A program made the translations under genes and the position numbers. The notes below the pieces were generated by a model. That model was not told where the DNA came from. It made no database searches and saw only the letters and a program-made list of their open reading frames with translations. A DNA stretch of 64,000 bases from Phyllosticta citribraziliensis (lineage: Eukaryota), in NCBI RefSeq assembly GCF_038025025.1, contig NW_027117341.1, positions 1 through 64,000 on the forward strand, in the 5' to 3' direction. This document shows positions 39,022 through 52,900 of the stretch, in pieces (the first letter of the stretch is position 1; each line of letters begins with the position of its first letter).

Positions 39022-40638
39022 ACGGCTTCCACGCTCGCCATCTCGTTGCTCAACCGGCCTGCGGCCATTGACGGCTTTGGACACGGCCACGGCAATGGCC
39101 ATGAGCTCGCGCCCTTCAATGCTGCCGCGTCCATGTCGCTCGACGAGCGGCCCTCGCTGCCGTCCATCGGCCTGACCATTTCGCGCGCGTCGTCCAGGTC
39201 GGCATCGCCCATTGCCCACCAGCGTCACCGCAGCCACAGCCCGGGCATACAGCTCCCCAGCCTGTCGGCCCTCGCGTCGATTGCGTCGACGGCCACGTCG
39301 TCGCCGTACCCAGAGAGCAGGTCAGTCGGTCACGACGATATCACCGGTCCGGGTGGGACGATAAGGCTGCCCAGAACTAATAAAGTGCCGTCCGCGGTCG
39401 CAGGCCTCCGAACAATACTCTGCATGTCGCTCCGCACAGCATGAACTACGCGACGAGCGCGCCGGCAGCGGCAGCGTCGGCAGGACAGAGTCCGGTGAGT
39501 GATTGATGTTTGTTGATTTGTGGTTGTCGAGGCGTGGGGGCCGAAGCGAACGAGACGGGCCGCGGTGCCCTGGGCTGGGGTGGAAATCTCAGCAGCGCAC
39601 CGGCCGAGTCCCGTCCACCACCGCAGTCTTCCGTTCTCTTATCTCTCCTATCGACAACAACCTCCCACTGGAGCGCTTCCAGTCCGCAACCACCTCCTCC
39701 TCCATCACCATGTCGGCCTCGCTCGCTCTGACTCCAGACAACCAGCAGATTCCCAAGTGCTGCAACTGCGCCACCAGCACCACCCCCCTCTGGCGCCGCG
39801 ATGAGGTCGGCTCCGTCCTCTGCAATGCCTGCGGCTTGTTCCTCAAGCTGCACGGCCGTCCGCGCCCGATAAGCCTCAAGACGGACGTGATCAAGAGCAG
39901 GAACCGCGTCAAGACGTCTGGCCAGGGAACCAAGAAAAAGGTGACCTCTCCGCCGTGTTTAGGACCGCTGCTGTGCCATTCTAACTCGTGTCGTCACAGC
40001 CTGCGCCCGACTCCAACGGCGTCGACGCTCGCGCTGCAGCCACGCCGCCCTCCGACGCGCTCAACCACCGTCGCCCTGCGCCCAGGGTAGCTCCAGGGCA
40101 GTCGGAGCGCTCCACCTCGCCATTGTCGCGCACCGGCACCCCTGGCCTCGGCCACCACCCTTCAAACATTGCGCCGCAGCACGTCTTTGACGGCGTCACG
40201 CTCAATGGGCATGAGTTTCACTCGGCCTCGCTGCCCCCCTTCATGCCTCCGCGCCAACCCTCGCCCTCCGCATCTTCCATAAACGGTTCCCACGGCCTGG
40301 AGCCGCCCATGTCTTACGACGGGCAGTTGCGCACGCGCGTCAGCGAACTCGAAGTCATCAACGACCTGTTCCGCGGCCGAGTCACCGAGCTGGAGCAGAG
40401 CGAGCAGCGCGCCCGACAAGACGAAGCCGTGGCCCGCGACAACGAGAAACAGATGCGGGACCAGCTGGAGGAGGCGCACGCGCGCGAGGCCGAGCTTAGG
40501 CGCCGGGTCGAAGAGCTCGAGAACAAGCTGGGCGAGTACGAGAGCGAGGGCCCGCGGCAAAAGAAGATGCGTCTCTCAGACATTGTCGACGAGAGTGCCG
40601 CTTCGACGCCTGTGTCGACCGCCTCGCAATCCAACTGA
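39022..40638 (+). CDS. areB: GATA transcription factor with C-terminal leucine zipper (AreB/Asd4/Dal80-like); long spliced form and short form from ATG 39710
   Basis: [48 protein letters not shown], then [22 protein letters not shown] coiled coil. Introns at 39321-39403, 39495-39748 and 39941-39999. The long-form start is uncertain (ACG 39022 or ATG 39133). Confidence 0.9.
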
Positions 40639-42700
40639 GCCGTGGCGACCATTTGAACAAACCTCTTTCCTTGCTGAGCGATACCAGATGACGTCTCGAC
40701 CGTCATTGCTTGCACTTTTTCTCTTCCCACTGCTTTTCATCCAGCGTCTTTCGCGGTTGGCACGGGGGCATGCATCCGGATGGAACAATGAGGGTGTTGT
40801 GTTGGTCTACTCGACTCGAAATGAGCTCGACCGGCACACCACCACCCTCAGGTACAGCGGCATCCCATTCCACGGAACAGTTAACAAAAGCTTTCCTCTT
40901 TTTTTCTTTTCGGTCATTGGTTCCATGCCTGTGCCGGCGCGCACGGGGGGCAGCTTGATCTTTTCCCCCTCTCTCCCTTTCACCACCATCAAAACACGAG
41001 CGAGCCTGTCTAGCACCTATCTCCTGTTCGACCTCGCCCTCCTGCAACAACAACAACAAAACAATGACACCCCACCCTACCCCAACACACTCACCCTGTT
41101 CTTTCTCCCACCTAATGTCTGTCTGCCGCCTTTCCCCCGTTGGCAAAGATTGACGGACGAATGGATACCTAGTGTATGAAGTGGACAGCCAGTCACGCTG
41201 GATGGAAACAATCAGCACGGCGACTGGCCGATTGATGTGGCGCTCGCCGAAACGTTCGACATGCAGTCAAGTCAAGTCAATGTAATGGAATCACGCTGAT
41301 TGAATGCACGAACCCACGCACCCGCCCACTCATCCAAAGCTTGCCGTGATTTTCTAAGCTGCTCTTCACCTATCAAATGTCAAGTACCAAGCACATTTAT
41401 CAAGTATCAACCAACCAACCAACCGACGACCCAAAGCTGCCAGCCGCGCTCCTTATCAGTACATACAGTACAAACAAGGTACGAGGCACAAGGCACAAGG
41501 CAAGGTAGCGAGCTCGCCATCGCAAGGGTAGGTCGTGCGTGTGGGGGCTGGGCTGCTATCGGCGGCGCCTGATTGGCTGCGCGTCATTTTATCTTGGGCG
41601 TGTGTGGTTGGCTGGCCGGCTGGCTTGGCTCTCGAGTGTACATAGATGGGAGGTAATGTACCTACCTAGGTAGGCAGGTGTATGGGAGGGTAGATTCGAT
41701 TCGCGGACTGCGACAGACGATAGGTCGGTAGGTCGGTAGGCAACGAGCAACTGTCTTAATTCTCTTCTCAAATCACCATTGTACGACACACTGTTCTCAC
41801 CAACAAACAGAGCGACACGATTGAACAGCAACGCATGAAGTATTCATCCATATACATCTCATTTGCACTACATATCAACATGTCCGGGAGGTTCTCTTGC
41901 GCCGCGCCCATCTCCGCCCACCACCAGTCGAAACCGGCGACAGACACAAGCACGGCGCCTTCTATTCCCAGCTCTGCGCCATCCAACCCTTCTCCGAAGA
42001 GAGCGAGCCAGACGGCGCCGAGATTGTTTGCTCTACCAACGCTCCGTTAGGGACGACGCGTCGTAATGCCGCGTCGCCCCTGCAGACTCGAAACAGTCTG
42101 CATCGCTGGGTTGTGTATTTGTGGGGGTTGGGGGGTGAAAGGGTGCAGTCACGACGATCATGTTGGAAGAGGAGGGAAAGAGAAAGGAATGGAAAGGAGA
42201 TGGCTCGCCGTAGACATGAAGCCTACGTGCATGGCAGGAAAAAGAGAAGGAAATGTTTGGAAAAAGTTTCGACTTACAGACCCGCAGTGTCTTGTGTGAA
42301 GCAAGGCAAGAAGGTCGATCCCACGCCATACCAGACCGACCAAGCCTTCCGTTCATTCGCTCGTGTGTTCGCCATTGCTCCCCGTCGTCGTCCCTCCGTC
42401 ATGCAAATGCAGTTCATGAACAAAAAAAGCAGCAAGTGTAAACGCCCGCAGCGCCAACGCTAATGACAAGCAAGCCCAGCCAGCCAGCCAGCCCGCCCGA
42501 CCAGCATACCTGTTCCGTTCGCCGGCCGACGGCGTTTTTTCCCGGTTTCCGTGTCCCTCCAGCCGGGAGGGCAAGTTGTTGTGTTCCTTGGTAGAAGTAT
42601 TCCGATGAGCCATCAACGCCGAAAGAGGTGTGGACGAACCACTCTGAAAGCTTGTAGTCGTCCGATGCAATAAGGAAAATGTCATTAGTCTCTTGGTTGT

Positions 42701-44534
42701 CTACCAGTTGTGCATGAACAACTGGCTCATGCTCTCGCCGTGGTGGTTGCGGCGAATGGCCTCGGCGAGCAAGCTCTCGACGGGTAGGATGGTCAGCTTG
42801 CTGCATCTGGCGCGCTTTTCCTCGGGAATGGGGAACGAGTTGGTGACGATGATGCGTTCGATGCACTCGCACTCTTCCATCTCCTCGAGGCAGCCGCCGC
42901 CAAAAAGGCCGTGGGTGGCCATACAGTAGACCTTGGTCGCGCCACCGCGCTTGACCGCCGTCTCGGCGGCGGCAATCCAGGAACCAGACTTGTCAATCAT
43001 GTCGTCGACGATGCAGACGGGGCGGTCACGAACGTTGCCGACAAGGGTGACGGTGGTCTCGAGTTCTGGGTTCTTGAGGTCGTCCTCCTCGGCGTCCGAA
43101 GTGTCACCAGCGTCGTGGGAGCCCCCCATGGGCTGCGAAAGCTCAGGCTCCTCACACGAGGTCGTCGAGATCATGGAGCCCAGCATGTGCTCTGGGGGTT
43201 CGTCATCGTCGGAGCTGCCGCGTTGAGTCCTGTTTTTGAAAGAAACCGCAGACATGGCAGGGGAGGGAAAGTCCTCGTCCACAATGTGTCCATGGACCAG
43301 GCGGCCGTGGATGACGTCGCGGGCACGCTGCTTTTGTCAGTGGCGCCTGTGTACACAAGATGCTGGTTTACTCACCTCGTCAATGTATTCATCGCTCGTG
43401 TCTTCCATGACTGGCGGAGCCGTGACGGTCCTCAGCATGTGGGACCTGGGAGATCCCGGCAAGTCGGCCTCCACGATCGACTCTGCGCGCGACGACTTGA
43501 CCAGAGGGCTAGAGGGAACCGCATTGACCGCGTTGCCGTTGGCGATGCGGTTGGCCTGCGCATTGGAAATGGCCCTTGGGCGCTCCTTCAGCTCTTCCTC
43601 TTCATGGTCGTCTATCTTGGCCGCGGGCTGCCTGGAGGGGGCAACGTTGACTTGAGCATCCAGGTCTTCCTCAATGAGGCCATGGGTCTCGTACGTGCCG
43701 TCCATGCCCAGTCTCTCGAATATGGCGCTACCTTGCATGCTCAAGCCTCCCTCGGACACGCCGGGGCGTCTCCTGTCGGTCGTCACGATGCCAAAGCTCA
43801 GCTTCAATGCGTCGGCCAAGCTCGTCACACGCTTTGTGCCGCCAGCATTCTTGGACACAATGACGCAGTCCCTCCAGCTGGGAACATTGTTGCGGATCCA
43901 ACGCGCGAGGAGCGGCTCAGCGACGAGGTTGTCAACGGGACACTTGAAGAAACCCTGCATCTGCGAAGCGTGGAGGTCGATCGTGATGACGTGAGTGACG
44001 CCGGCGACGTGTAGGAGGTTGGCAATCATGCGGGCGGTAATGGCACCGCGATGAGACTTCTTCTTGCTCTGGCGCGAGTATGGGAAGTAGGGCATGACAG
44101 CTGTGGAAAGGTCAGCCAGCTGCCTTGGGCCGACCAAAGTGTCGCGTGGTCCAAAATACCGGTGATGGACCTGGCAGAGCCGCCTTTGCAGGCCGAAATC
44201 ATGATGAGCAGCTCCATGACATTATCATTGATCCTGGAGGCCGTCAGCGGGACTTGGAGGCCGGGCAGGGAAAACTCGACTTACTTGCTGCTCCCGCTCT
44301 GAACGATGAAGACATCCTGGTCACGAACGGACGTCTCTTGGAACAATCAGCTCAAGGTCAGGCAGCAGCAAGCAGGAGGAATGGCGACCGAGGGTACTGA
44401 CGTATCTGCACGCTGGTCTCTCCGTTGCTGAACTTGCGCAGCTCCGTCTTGCCGGGACGCTGGCCCAACCGATCGCAGATGCCCTCGACCAGGCTCGGGT
44501 GGGACGAGCCGGCGAAGATTCGCGTCTGACGCAT
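42701..44534 (-). CDS. PRS1: Ribose-phosphate pyrophosphokinase with large internal insertion (Prs1-type)
   Basis: MRQTRIFAGSSHP, KFSNGET, VMPYFPYSRQSKKKSHRGAITA, DLHASQMQGFF, VSKNAGGTKR, IVDDMIDKSGS and ATHGLF. A long non-homologous insertion follows TTDRRR. Four introns. Confidence 0.93.
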
Positions 44535-44860
44535 GGTGGGGAGTGCAGCAGCTGTCGACGGCTGGGGGTGGTGGGCAGAAGATGTGGAAGAGATGGTGAA
44601 GAGAGAGGGGCGAAAGGAAAAAAGGTTGTCGTTTGGTTTTTGCGGGGTGGTTTGCAGTGCAGCCAGTTTTTGGCGACTGGACTGCTGCCGGGGAATCACC
44701 GCGACCAACCGCTGCCCGACCTAACGGGACTTCACCATCTCCCCACCGCACCATGCCGTCATGTCATCCATCTGTCAAACAAGACATACACGCAGTTTGG
44801 TTCTCTACAATACTATACGAAGCCTCAAGTCAAATCATCCAAATCCACCCTCACTGACAC

Positions 44861-45919
44861 TTATATGTAGTTCCCGTACGCAAGCCTCTTGATCTCCTCG
44901 CCGACGTCCCTCACAGCCTGCACGGCCTCTTCGCTCCACGCCGTCATTTGCAACCAGCCATGCGTCAAGTTCTCGTAGTGGTACCAGCGCACCCTGACGC
45001 CCGCTTGATCCAGCTTACTTGCGTACTCGACACCGACATCCCGCAAAGGATCAAACCCACTCGTAAAGACGGCCACGGGCGGCTGATCCTGCAGGTACTC
45101 TGGGCTCTGCATCCCAGGGCTGATGTACTTGTAGCTTGACGCCAACCCGCGGGGCAGGTAGTGGTCTGCAAAGCTGAAGATGCCGTTGCACTCGAGGTAG
45201 AAGCCCGAGTTGTTCTCCACTGCAGCCAGGGTATCAAACGGCGGGCGAGTCTCCGGGTACAGGAGAAACTGGGCTGCCAGATTCTTTTGTCCGTGGTCAC
45301 GGCGCCCCAGCGCCATGGCTGCCGTCATGTTCCCTCCCGCAGAGTCGCCGCCTCCGCAGATGCGGTCAGGGTGAACGCCGCGGATACGACCAAAGTCTCC
45401 CATGAGGGCGTCGATTACGGTCGAGTACTCATCGATTTGAGTGGGGAATTTGAACTCTGGGGCGAGGCGGTAGTCGACTGCGTAAATCTGTCGAGACGTC
45501 AGTCGCATGGTTTACACGCGTGCTCTTCAGCTCACCTGAGCCCCCGAAGACTCGGCCAATAGCCTGAGCCCATTCTCAAACTCATCGACGCTGCCAACCG
45601 TGTAGCCACCTCCATGAAAGTATATCAGCGCCGCCGACTCGCCCTTTTTGCGCCGATCTTCCCCGCTCTTGGGGTACAGAACGCGTATGGGTATTGTGCC
45701 ATAGGGCCCGCGTATCGCCGTGAACTCGACTTCGTGGATCGAATGGACCTTTTCCTTGGGGATGGCATGGATGCCAAACACTTCGAGGTGACGGCGGCGC
45801 TCGGCGTGAAAGTCTTCCTCGCCGCCCAGATGGAGCTTGGGGAAGAGCCTGAGAAAGGTGGATATGGAGGGCGCGAGGGTGGTCCGGTTGGCCGTCGTGG
45901 GGATCCTGGGCTCAGGCAT
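44861..45919 (-). CDS. HSL-family esterase/lipase (abhydrolase_3)
   Basis: YFHGGG, VDYRLAPE, GGDSAGG, GFDPLRD and HGW. One intron ~45489-45535. Confidence 0.92.
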
Positions 45920-47250
45920 GGTGTGGTATGAATGAGGATGAGATGCGGCTGGAAGCTCTCTCTTCAGGTGCTCGTGATTGTGCAACCACTGCTTACCTAT
46001 TATAGCGGTAGCAAGGGGTGAAGTACGTCATTCCAGCGCGTTTGACGAGCGGACGTCAGGCTTGAACGCGTTTGTAAAAAAAATACGAGATGACTGCAGG
46101 CGACACTTGGCGATGAAGATGATTTGATTTACGGAGGACATGGTACGCTTCTCGGATATTGCAAGTTGACCTGTGGTGTTGGAATATACATGTGACGGGG
46201 CCGACGTCTCTGATTGGGATACTAGCTCGAGCAGACAGGAGAAGGGTGCGAACTTGGGGTCTTTACCATACGCCGGGGTTGGTGGTTCAAGGATGACTGT
46301 CTCGTACCTGAAGGTGGGGCGATGCACCCGAGCATGCGTGCCACAAACCATTGGCAAATGGGCAAGCGAGCTGGTGACCCGTGGCGCTCGTGGTTAATTG
46401 AACGAGCCAAAGAGGGCTTTCAGCTGAAGATGGGCTTCCCCATGTGTCCTTGTTTTATTCGTCGACAGCCGAAAAAATCGCCAGCTATAGGTAGCATTTT
46501 TGAGCTCTCACAGAGGACAAGACCAACACCGACGGCCCTTGTTGCTTGTGTAGAAGGCATTTGATCGACGACTAAAACATGCTTCACACGTGCAAGAATG
46601 CGGTAGACGGTCGGACCTCGCTGGCGTGGGTCGTGGCCGCTAGCAGTGGCCAGTTTCAAGCTAGTTGCCGATGGTCTGTACAAATGCGGTCCGCTGAAAG
46701 GAACCCGGATGGCCAGGCGGGCAGAGTAACTCATCGCTTTGATCACGTTGACCATTGACATGGTCGAATCCTTCAAAGTGGATTTGCAGTGATGGAATCT
46801 TGGGACGAGGTTGATATTTGGTAGAGACGAACAGGCATGTCCGCAGCCGCAACCCTATAATTGGTCGCCAAGAAACGGGAGTAGCCATGCGACGAAGAGG
46901 TTGGGCGAAGCCAAGATGTGGCACAAGGGTTTCCGTCAGTTGAAGGCGACACATGTCAAGACGATGTTTCCAGAAAAGCTGTGCTCCCGTCGGATCTGCT
47001 CTCAGGGTGCGGGCGGCATGACGGAGGGTCGCCAGGGAGCAGCAGTGGCGGCGGCGACGGGGCCGGGAGGCAAAAGGTTCAAGACGACGGGGGGATAGCC
47101 GTGGAGGGATAGCTCGGTGGATCGCAAGAGAGTGTGCCTGTCAGAGTGGGCGGTGGGTACATTGATGTAGGTAAAAGAGTGCCCGGCCGTGGTGTTGTAG
47201 TCGGGTCCGTCACCCATGACGTGAGGCCGGGTCGGGCCAACGTTGCCCCA

Positions 47251-47265
47251 CGAAGCTTCCCGAAC
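47251..47265. promoter_or_regulatory. Heat-shock element (nGAAnnTTCnnGAAn)
   Basis: cGAAgcTTCccGAAc is a perfect three-unit HSE ~190 bp upstream of the HSP88 ATG. Further GAA/TTC units extend to ~47285. Confidence 0.8.
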
Positions 47266-47452
47266 TGGGCAGAATTTCATCGAACACCAAACACTTTTCA
47301 GCCTCGCCGCCAGACTCAACTTCTCCCACGACCTCCATCACGACCCGAGCCAGGGTATTTACCGTCCAACCACTCTCTCTCCCCCGCTACTCCCACTCGA
47401 ACCACCCCATACCCAACGACCCCACTCCCGCTCACGACAATCCGCATCAACC

Positions 47453-49925
47453 ATGTCTGTTGTTGGTGTTGATCTGGGGACGCTCAACACGGTCATTGCT
47501 GTTGCGCGCAACCGCGGTGTCGATGTCGTACGTGCCCTCCCCTCCACTCTGTCGACTCTCCCCCATTGATGCTGACCTCAATCGCCGCAGATTACCAATG
47601 AAGTCTCCAACCGCCAGACGCCGTAAGTTTTTTCTCGTCTGCCCCGCCGTCGCGCCGAACCTCACTGACTCTCGTCGCAAAGCTCTCTCGTAGGCTTCGG
47701 TCCCAGACAACGTTACATTGGCGAGGCCGCAAAGACCCAGGAAATCTCCAACCTCAAGAACACCGTCGGCTCCCTCTCGCGTCTCGCAGGCCGCAGCCTT
47801 TCCGACCCCGACGTCGCCCTTGAGCAAAACTATGTCTCCGCCCCACTTGTTGACGTCAACGGCCAGGTCGGCGCAGAAGTCTCGTACCTGGGCAAGAAGG
47901 AGCAGTTTACCGCCACCCAGCTGGTGTCCATGTACCTCCAGAAGATCAAGCACACTGCCTCGGTCGAGCTGAAGCAGCCCGTCTCGGACATTGTCATCAG
48001 CTGCCCCGCATGGTACACCGACGTCCAGAGGAGAGCTCTCCTTGATGCAGCTGAGATTGCTGGCCTCAAGTGCCTCCGCCTCATGAACGACACGACTGCC
48101 ACCGCCCTCGGCTACGGCATCACCAAGCTCGATCTTCCTGCCCCCGAGGAGAAGCCCAGGCGCGTCGCCTTTATCGACATTGGCCACAGCAACTACACCT
48201 GCTCCGTCGTCGAGTTCAAGAAGGGCGAGCTTGCCGTCAAGTCGACTGCGTACGACCGCCACTTTGGTGGCCGCAACTTTGACAAGGCCATCGTCGACCA
48301 CTTTGCCAACGAGTTCAAGAACACGTACAAGATTGAAGTCAATGAGAACCCCAAGGCCCGCATGCGTCTCATGTCCGCTTGCGAGAAGCTCAAGAAGGTC
48401 CTCTCCGCCAACGCTTCGGCACCCCTCAACGTCGAGTCCATCATGAACGACATTGACGTCCGCGGCTTCTTGAAGCGCGAGGAGCTCGAGGAGCTCGTCA
48501 AGCCGCTCCTTGAGCGTGCCACCAAGCCTCTGGAGCAGGCTCTCGCCGAGGCCAAGCTCAAGCCCGAGGACATTGACTCGATTGAGCTGGTTGGTGGCTG
48601 CACCCGTGTCCCGGCTCTTAAGGCTGCCATTCAAGACTTCTTTGGCAAGACGCTGTCCTTTACCCAGAACGCCGACGAGGCCATCGCCCGTGGCTGTGCT
48701 TTCAGCTGCGCCATCCTTTCCCCGGTCTTCCGTGTCCGCGACTTCTCCGTCCACGACGTTGTCAACTACCCCATCGAGTTCACCTGGGAAAAGTCGCCCG
48801 ACATTCCCGACGAGGACACTAGCCTCACCGTCTTCAACCGCGGCAACACTATGCCCTCGACCAAAATCCTTACCTTTTACAGGAAACAGCCCTTTGACCT
48901 CGAGGCTCGCTACGCCAAGCCTGAGATGCTGCCGGGCAAGATGAACTCTTGGATCGGCCGCTTCTCGGTCAAGGGCGTCAAGGCCGACGCCAAGGACGAC
49001 TTTATGGTCTGCAAGCTCAAGGCCCGCCTCAACCTTCACGGTGTCCTTAACGTCGAGACTGGATACTACGTCGAGGACGTCGAAGTTGAGGAGCCCATCC
49101 CCGAGGAGGGCAAGGACGAGAACGTAGGTAGCAAGTTTACTTTTGCACACCAAGAGCCAAACGGCTCGATCCACCCGTCCAACTCTTTGCCGGCATCGGC
49201 AAAGAATGGACAATCTCAATCTCCATCTGTTCATGATGACTCGGAAAAGGCGGCTCCGCTGACGGACAAACAGGCCATGGACGTTGACAACAAGGACGTC
49301 AAGACGCGCAAGGTCAAGAAGCAGGTCAAGAAGGGCGACTTGCCCATTGCGGCTGGCACCGCATCCCTCGACCAGGCTGCCAAGGAGGCTCTTGCCGAGA
49401 GGGAGGCTGCCATGTTCATGGAGGACAAGCTCGTCGCCGACACTGCTGACAAGAAGAACGAGCTCGAGAGCTTCATCTACGAGCTCCGTGAAAAGATGTA
49501 CGACATCTACAGCGAGTTTGCCAGCGACGACGAGAAGGCCAAGATCAGTGCCAAGCTCGAGGCCTCGGAGGTGAGTTTCTTTCGATTCGAATGTGAGATG
49601 ATGTGCTGACTCGATTCAGGACTGGCTCTATGAGGAGGGCGAGGACACGACCAAGGCTGTCTACGTTGCCAAGATTGAGGAGATCCGTGCAATCGCCGGA
49701 CCCGTCATCCAGCGGTACAAGGACAAGCTGCAGGAGGAGCTCAACCGCAAGATTGCGGCCGAGGAGGCGGCTGCGGCGGCCAAGAAGGCGGAATTCGACG
49801 CCAAGCGCAAGGCCGACGAGGAGGCCAGGCAGGCAAAGGAGGCTGCGGACAAGAAGGCCAACGACCAGGAAATGTCGGACGCGGACGCGGCCAAGCCGGA
49901 TGAGGTCGAGGAGCCGCAACAGTAG
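47453..49925 (+). CDS. HSP88: Hsp110-family chaperone / Hsp70 nucleotide exchange factor (Hsp88/Sse1)
   Basis: MSVVGVDLG, NRGVDV|ITNEVSNR, ALGYGITKLDLP, FGGRNFD, VGGCTRVP, NADEAIARG, KKNELESFIY and DWLYEEGED. Introns ~47528-47590, 47623-47693, 49124-49273 and 49571-49619. Strong codon bias. Confidence 0.96.
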
Positions 49926-52900
49926 AGGAGGAGGAAAACAACCGTTAGAGAGCTAGGTGGGTTGTTGATGATGACGATGGGGTTTTGACGTCGGATTGAT
50001 TGATTGAATGATTGATTCCCATTTTTTTCTCCTTTCAACCACCATCACCGCCACTACCACACTACCGGAATGAGAGTATGGTCATGAAAAAGACGAAGAC
50101 GAAGAGAAAGAAGACGAAGAAAGACTTTTTTGACTGCCACTGCAGTCCTCTTGATTTTGCTGTTTTGTTTTTGTCTTTTTCTTGAATCTGCTGCTGGCAT
50201 GACTTGACTTGAGCGCATGAGAGATGGATGGATGGATCGACGGACGAATGGATGTATGCATTGATATGGTCGTTTTCTTTGTTTTTCTTTTTTTTTCCCA
50301 CGCTTGAGTCGTCCTTTTTACAACGTAGACGGACGGCGTTTTGTCTTTTTTTCCCTCCTTCTTTTCGTCCTGTTGGCTGCTCGCAAATGCCGGAGATGCT
50401 TGCACACCTTTCCCCTCCTACTCCCCTCCGTTGGCCCTGTCCTGGTCTTTTGGTCTTGGGACTGACGACTGAACACTGGAGAGGAGACGGACGCGTCAAC
50501 GAAACGGATCGGCGCTACTTGGATGTAGTGCGCGTTGCATCTGAAAAGGCAGAGGGGAAGGGCGGGAGGCAGCGAGGGGCACTCACGCAAAATGCACGCG
50601 GCTGTTGTACGTGTGTGTGAGATTCGCAGTCAGTGAGTGGTGTTGTGTTGTGTTGTGCTTTTTCACGGAAAGACAGGCAGGCAGTTAGGTCACCTTTGTA
50701 GGCAGTTAGGTCAGGCAGTCCGTTGGCAGAAAATGCGTATAGACTTTTTTGGTTTTCTCTTCTCGCGCATATGTACGTGTGATGGGCACTTGCGGCTCGC
50801 CCGCGCGTCATGCTGCGCCAGGCGCCGCTGGGCTGAGTTGAGACATCCACGCCGCACGCTTCAATCCCCAATTCCTTTTCCCGTTTTTTCTGTTCTTTTT
50901 CTCTGCCTGCGCCGCACCATGTGCGTCGCGTGCGGAGAAAAGGAAGGAGATAAGGAAATAGAGGAGGAGACCGAGACAAGACATGGAACGGAACGGACGC
51001 AACGGTGCGGAGCGGTACGAGACGGGCGGGCGGAGAATATTGGAGAGGACGAGGGCAGGCTGAGGTATGCTGGGTTCTGGTGGTTGATTAATAGACGATG
51101 GGAGGATGGTTTGTGGTTTTTGGAGAAAGGGCCAGCTGTCGACAGGGGGCTTTGATTGAGTTTTGATTTGATTTGTTTTGTTCTCTATTTCTGATGGATG
51201 GACGACTGAGTGATGCGGTGAGTGATGCATTGCCTGGCTTCATGGTATGGGGCTTCTACAATTGAATGCTCCCTATTAGTCGTCTGTCACAGCGTATGAA
51301 TGGTCCAAGGGCAAAACTGATTCTCTACTCCTGTTCTATGCCGTGGTCATCACTCGAGGGGTAAACATGTCAAATGACTCTCCCGCCAAAGAATCTTTTC
51401 TCCCTGTAGTTGTGCTGGGCTTAGCAGCGTTCAAGTGCGTTCAAATCTTGAGCATCTTGGGTCCCAAATTACATCATGGTGTGTAGCATTCCTAAGCAAG
51501 CAATTTGCCTGAAAAAAGACAGGCCGGCGTGTACAGCACGATTCGTCGTGACACGGCCGTCAAATGCAAACATACCTACCATAGACGTGGGCCCCGGCAC
51601 GTGCGACTGACAGCTGAAGGCAGACAAACGGCCAGTCCACGCACCGGCACGCCGCACTGGGAAATAGGCAGGGGAGGAGACAAAAGGGTGGAATCAAGGG
51701 GAGGAGTGGAGGAGATGAACGGGCGACGGCGTGCGGAGAGGCAATGGAGACTGCCGTCTGGCCACCACCCATCATGACCGCCTGTCTGCTCATGATGGAG
51801 GTACTTGACCAATCTCGCTTTACGACGCGACGCTGTAGTCTGTGGGGGAGGCGCTTTGAGATGAGGAGATGGTGGAGGTGAATGTGGAGGAGGCAGCGAG
51901 CGAGCAACGAGGCAGAGGCCACCCAGCGAGGCTCGAGGTTTGGGTCTGGCGTTTTGGTAATTTTCCGCGAGACGCTCTGGGACAAGCGGACGAGTGGGAA
52001 AAAGGAAGAGCAGAGGAGCGACGGCGGTGAGCGAGCAGCAGCGGGTGGCGAAGGTGGTTCGGAACGCTAGAGCATGTGGCGTCGCGGGCAGCATCTCGCC
52101 GTATTAGAACATTGCCTAGCTCCCTCGCTCGGCTGTGCCCTGGCGATTCTAGAAGATGGTCGTTTGGCCTGCTGTCTCTTTGTCTGCTGCGGCCAGGCAG
52201 CTGGGCTGAAAAATAAAAAGGGTCTGCCCGTTCCGTTGGTCGGCACTGGTTGCTGTAGGAGTCGGATTGCGGTAGGAGGTTATTGAGTGGCCGTGGTCCA
52301 GGCTGACAAGGACGAGGACGACCTGAGGAGTGCCGGCACTGGTTGCCAGGCGCTGATCTCTGTTTCTTGCGTCTGTAGAGTGTTTGGCAGCACCGTCATG
52401 TCGGACGATGGTCTGTCAGAAGCACGCGCGAGGGACAACGGCGTCGTCGATTGTCATTTTGCGTCAAGCTTCGTTAGCGGGAGCGGGTCCTTTGCGAATC
52501 CTCAGGAACAGGCACCGAGGGAGAATTTGACTGCTGAATCCTTGGGCTCTTGGCAGCGCTGCCACGGCGCTACAGGCCAAAAGCGTCGACGGCGACAGGC
52601 CCATTCGGGATTGCATATACGTGATGCCATGGTGGACGCGCTCGGCTGTGGCCTGCCTTGCCGGGGATTGAAATAGACGAGACAGGATTCTCGAGGCTCG
52701 GGAGTCGGAAGAGAGGGCCTGAAGGTGCGTGGAAGAAGCGTGTTGAAGGACTGGAGGCTATTTTTGGTGTTGAGGGTGCAGAAATGGACTGTGGTGCGAC
52801 CATGTGTCGTGGTTGAAACGAGTCGACTCGAAGCGCGCGCCCTGGCCGCCTCAGGCTACGCGCTGACTCTCCACTCAACACCACCACCACCACATCCACC

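Noticed and set aside
46028..47100. Short ORFs between the esterase and HSP88 (likewise 15291-16400, 21450-22250, 25265-25840, 40640-42700)
   Set aside because: No motifs, codon bias or consistent exon structure; treated as intergenic or UTR.
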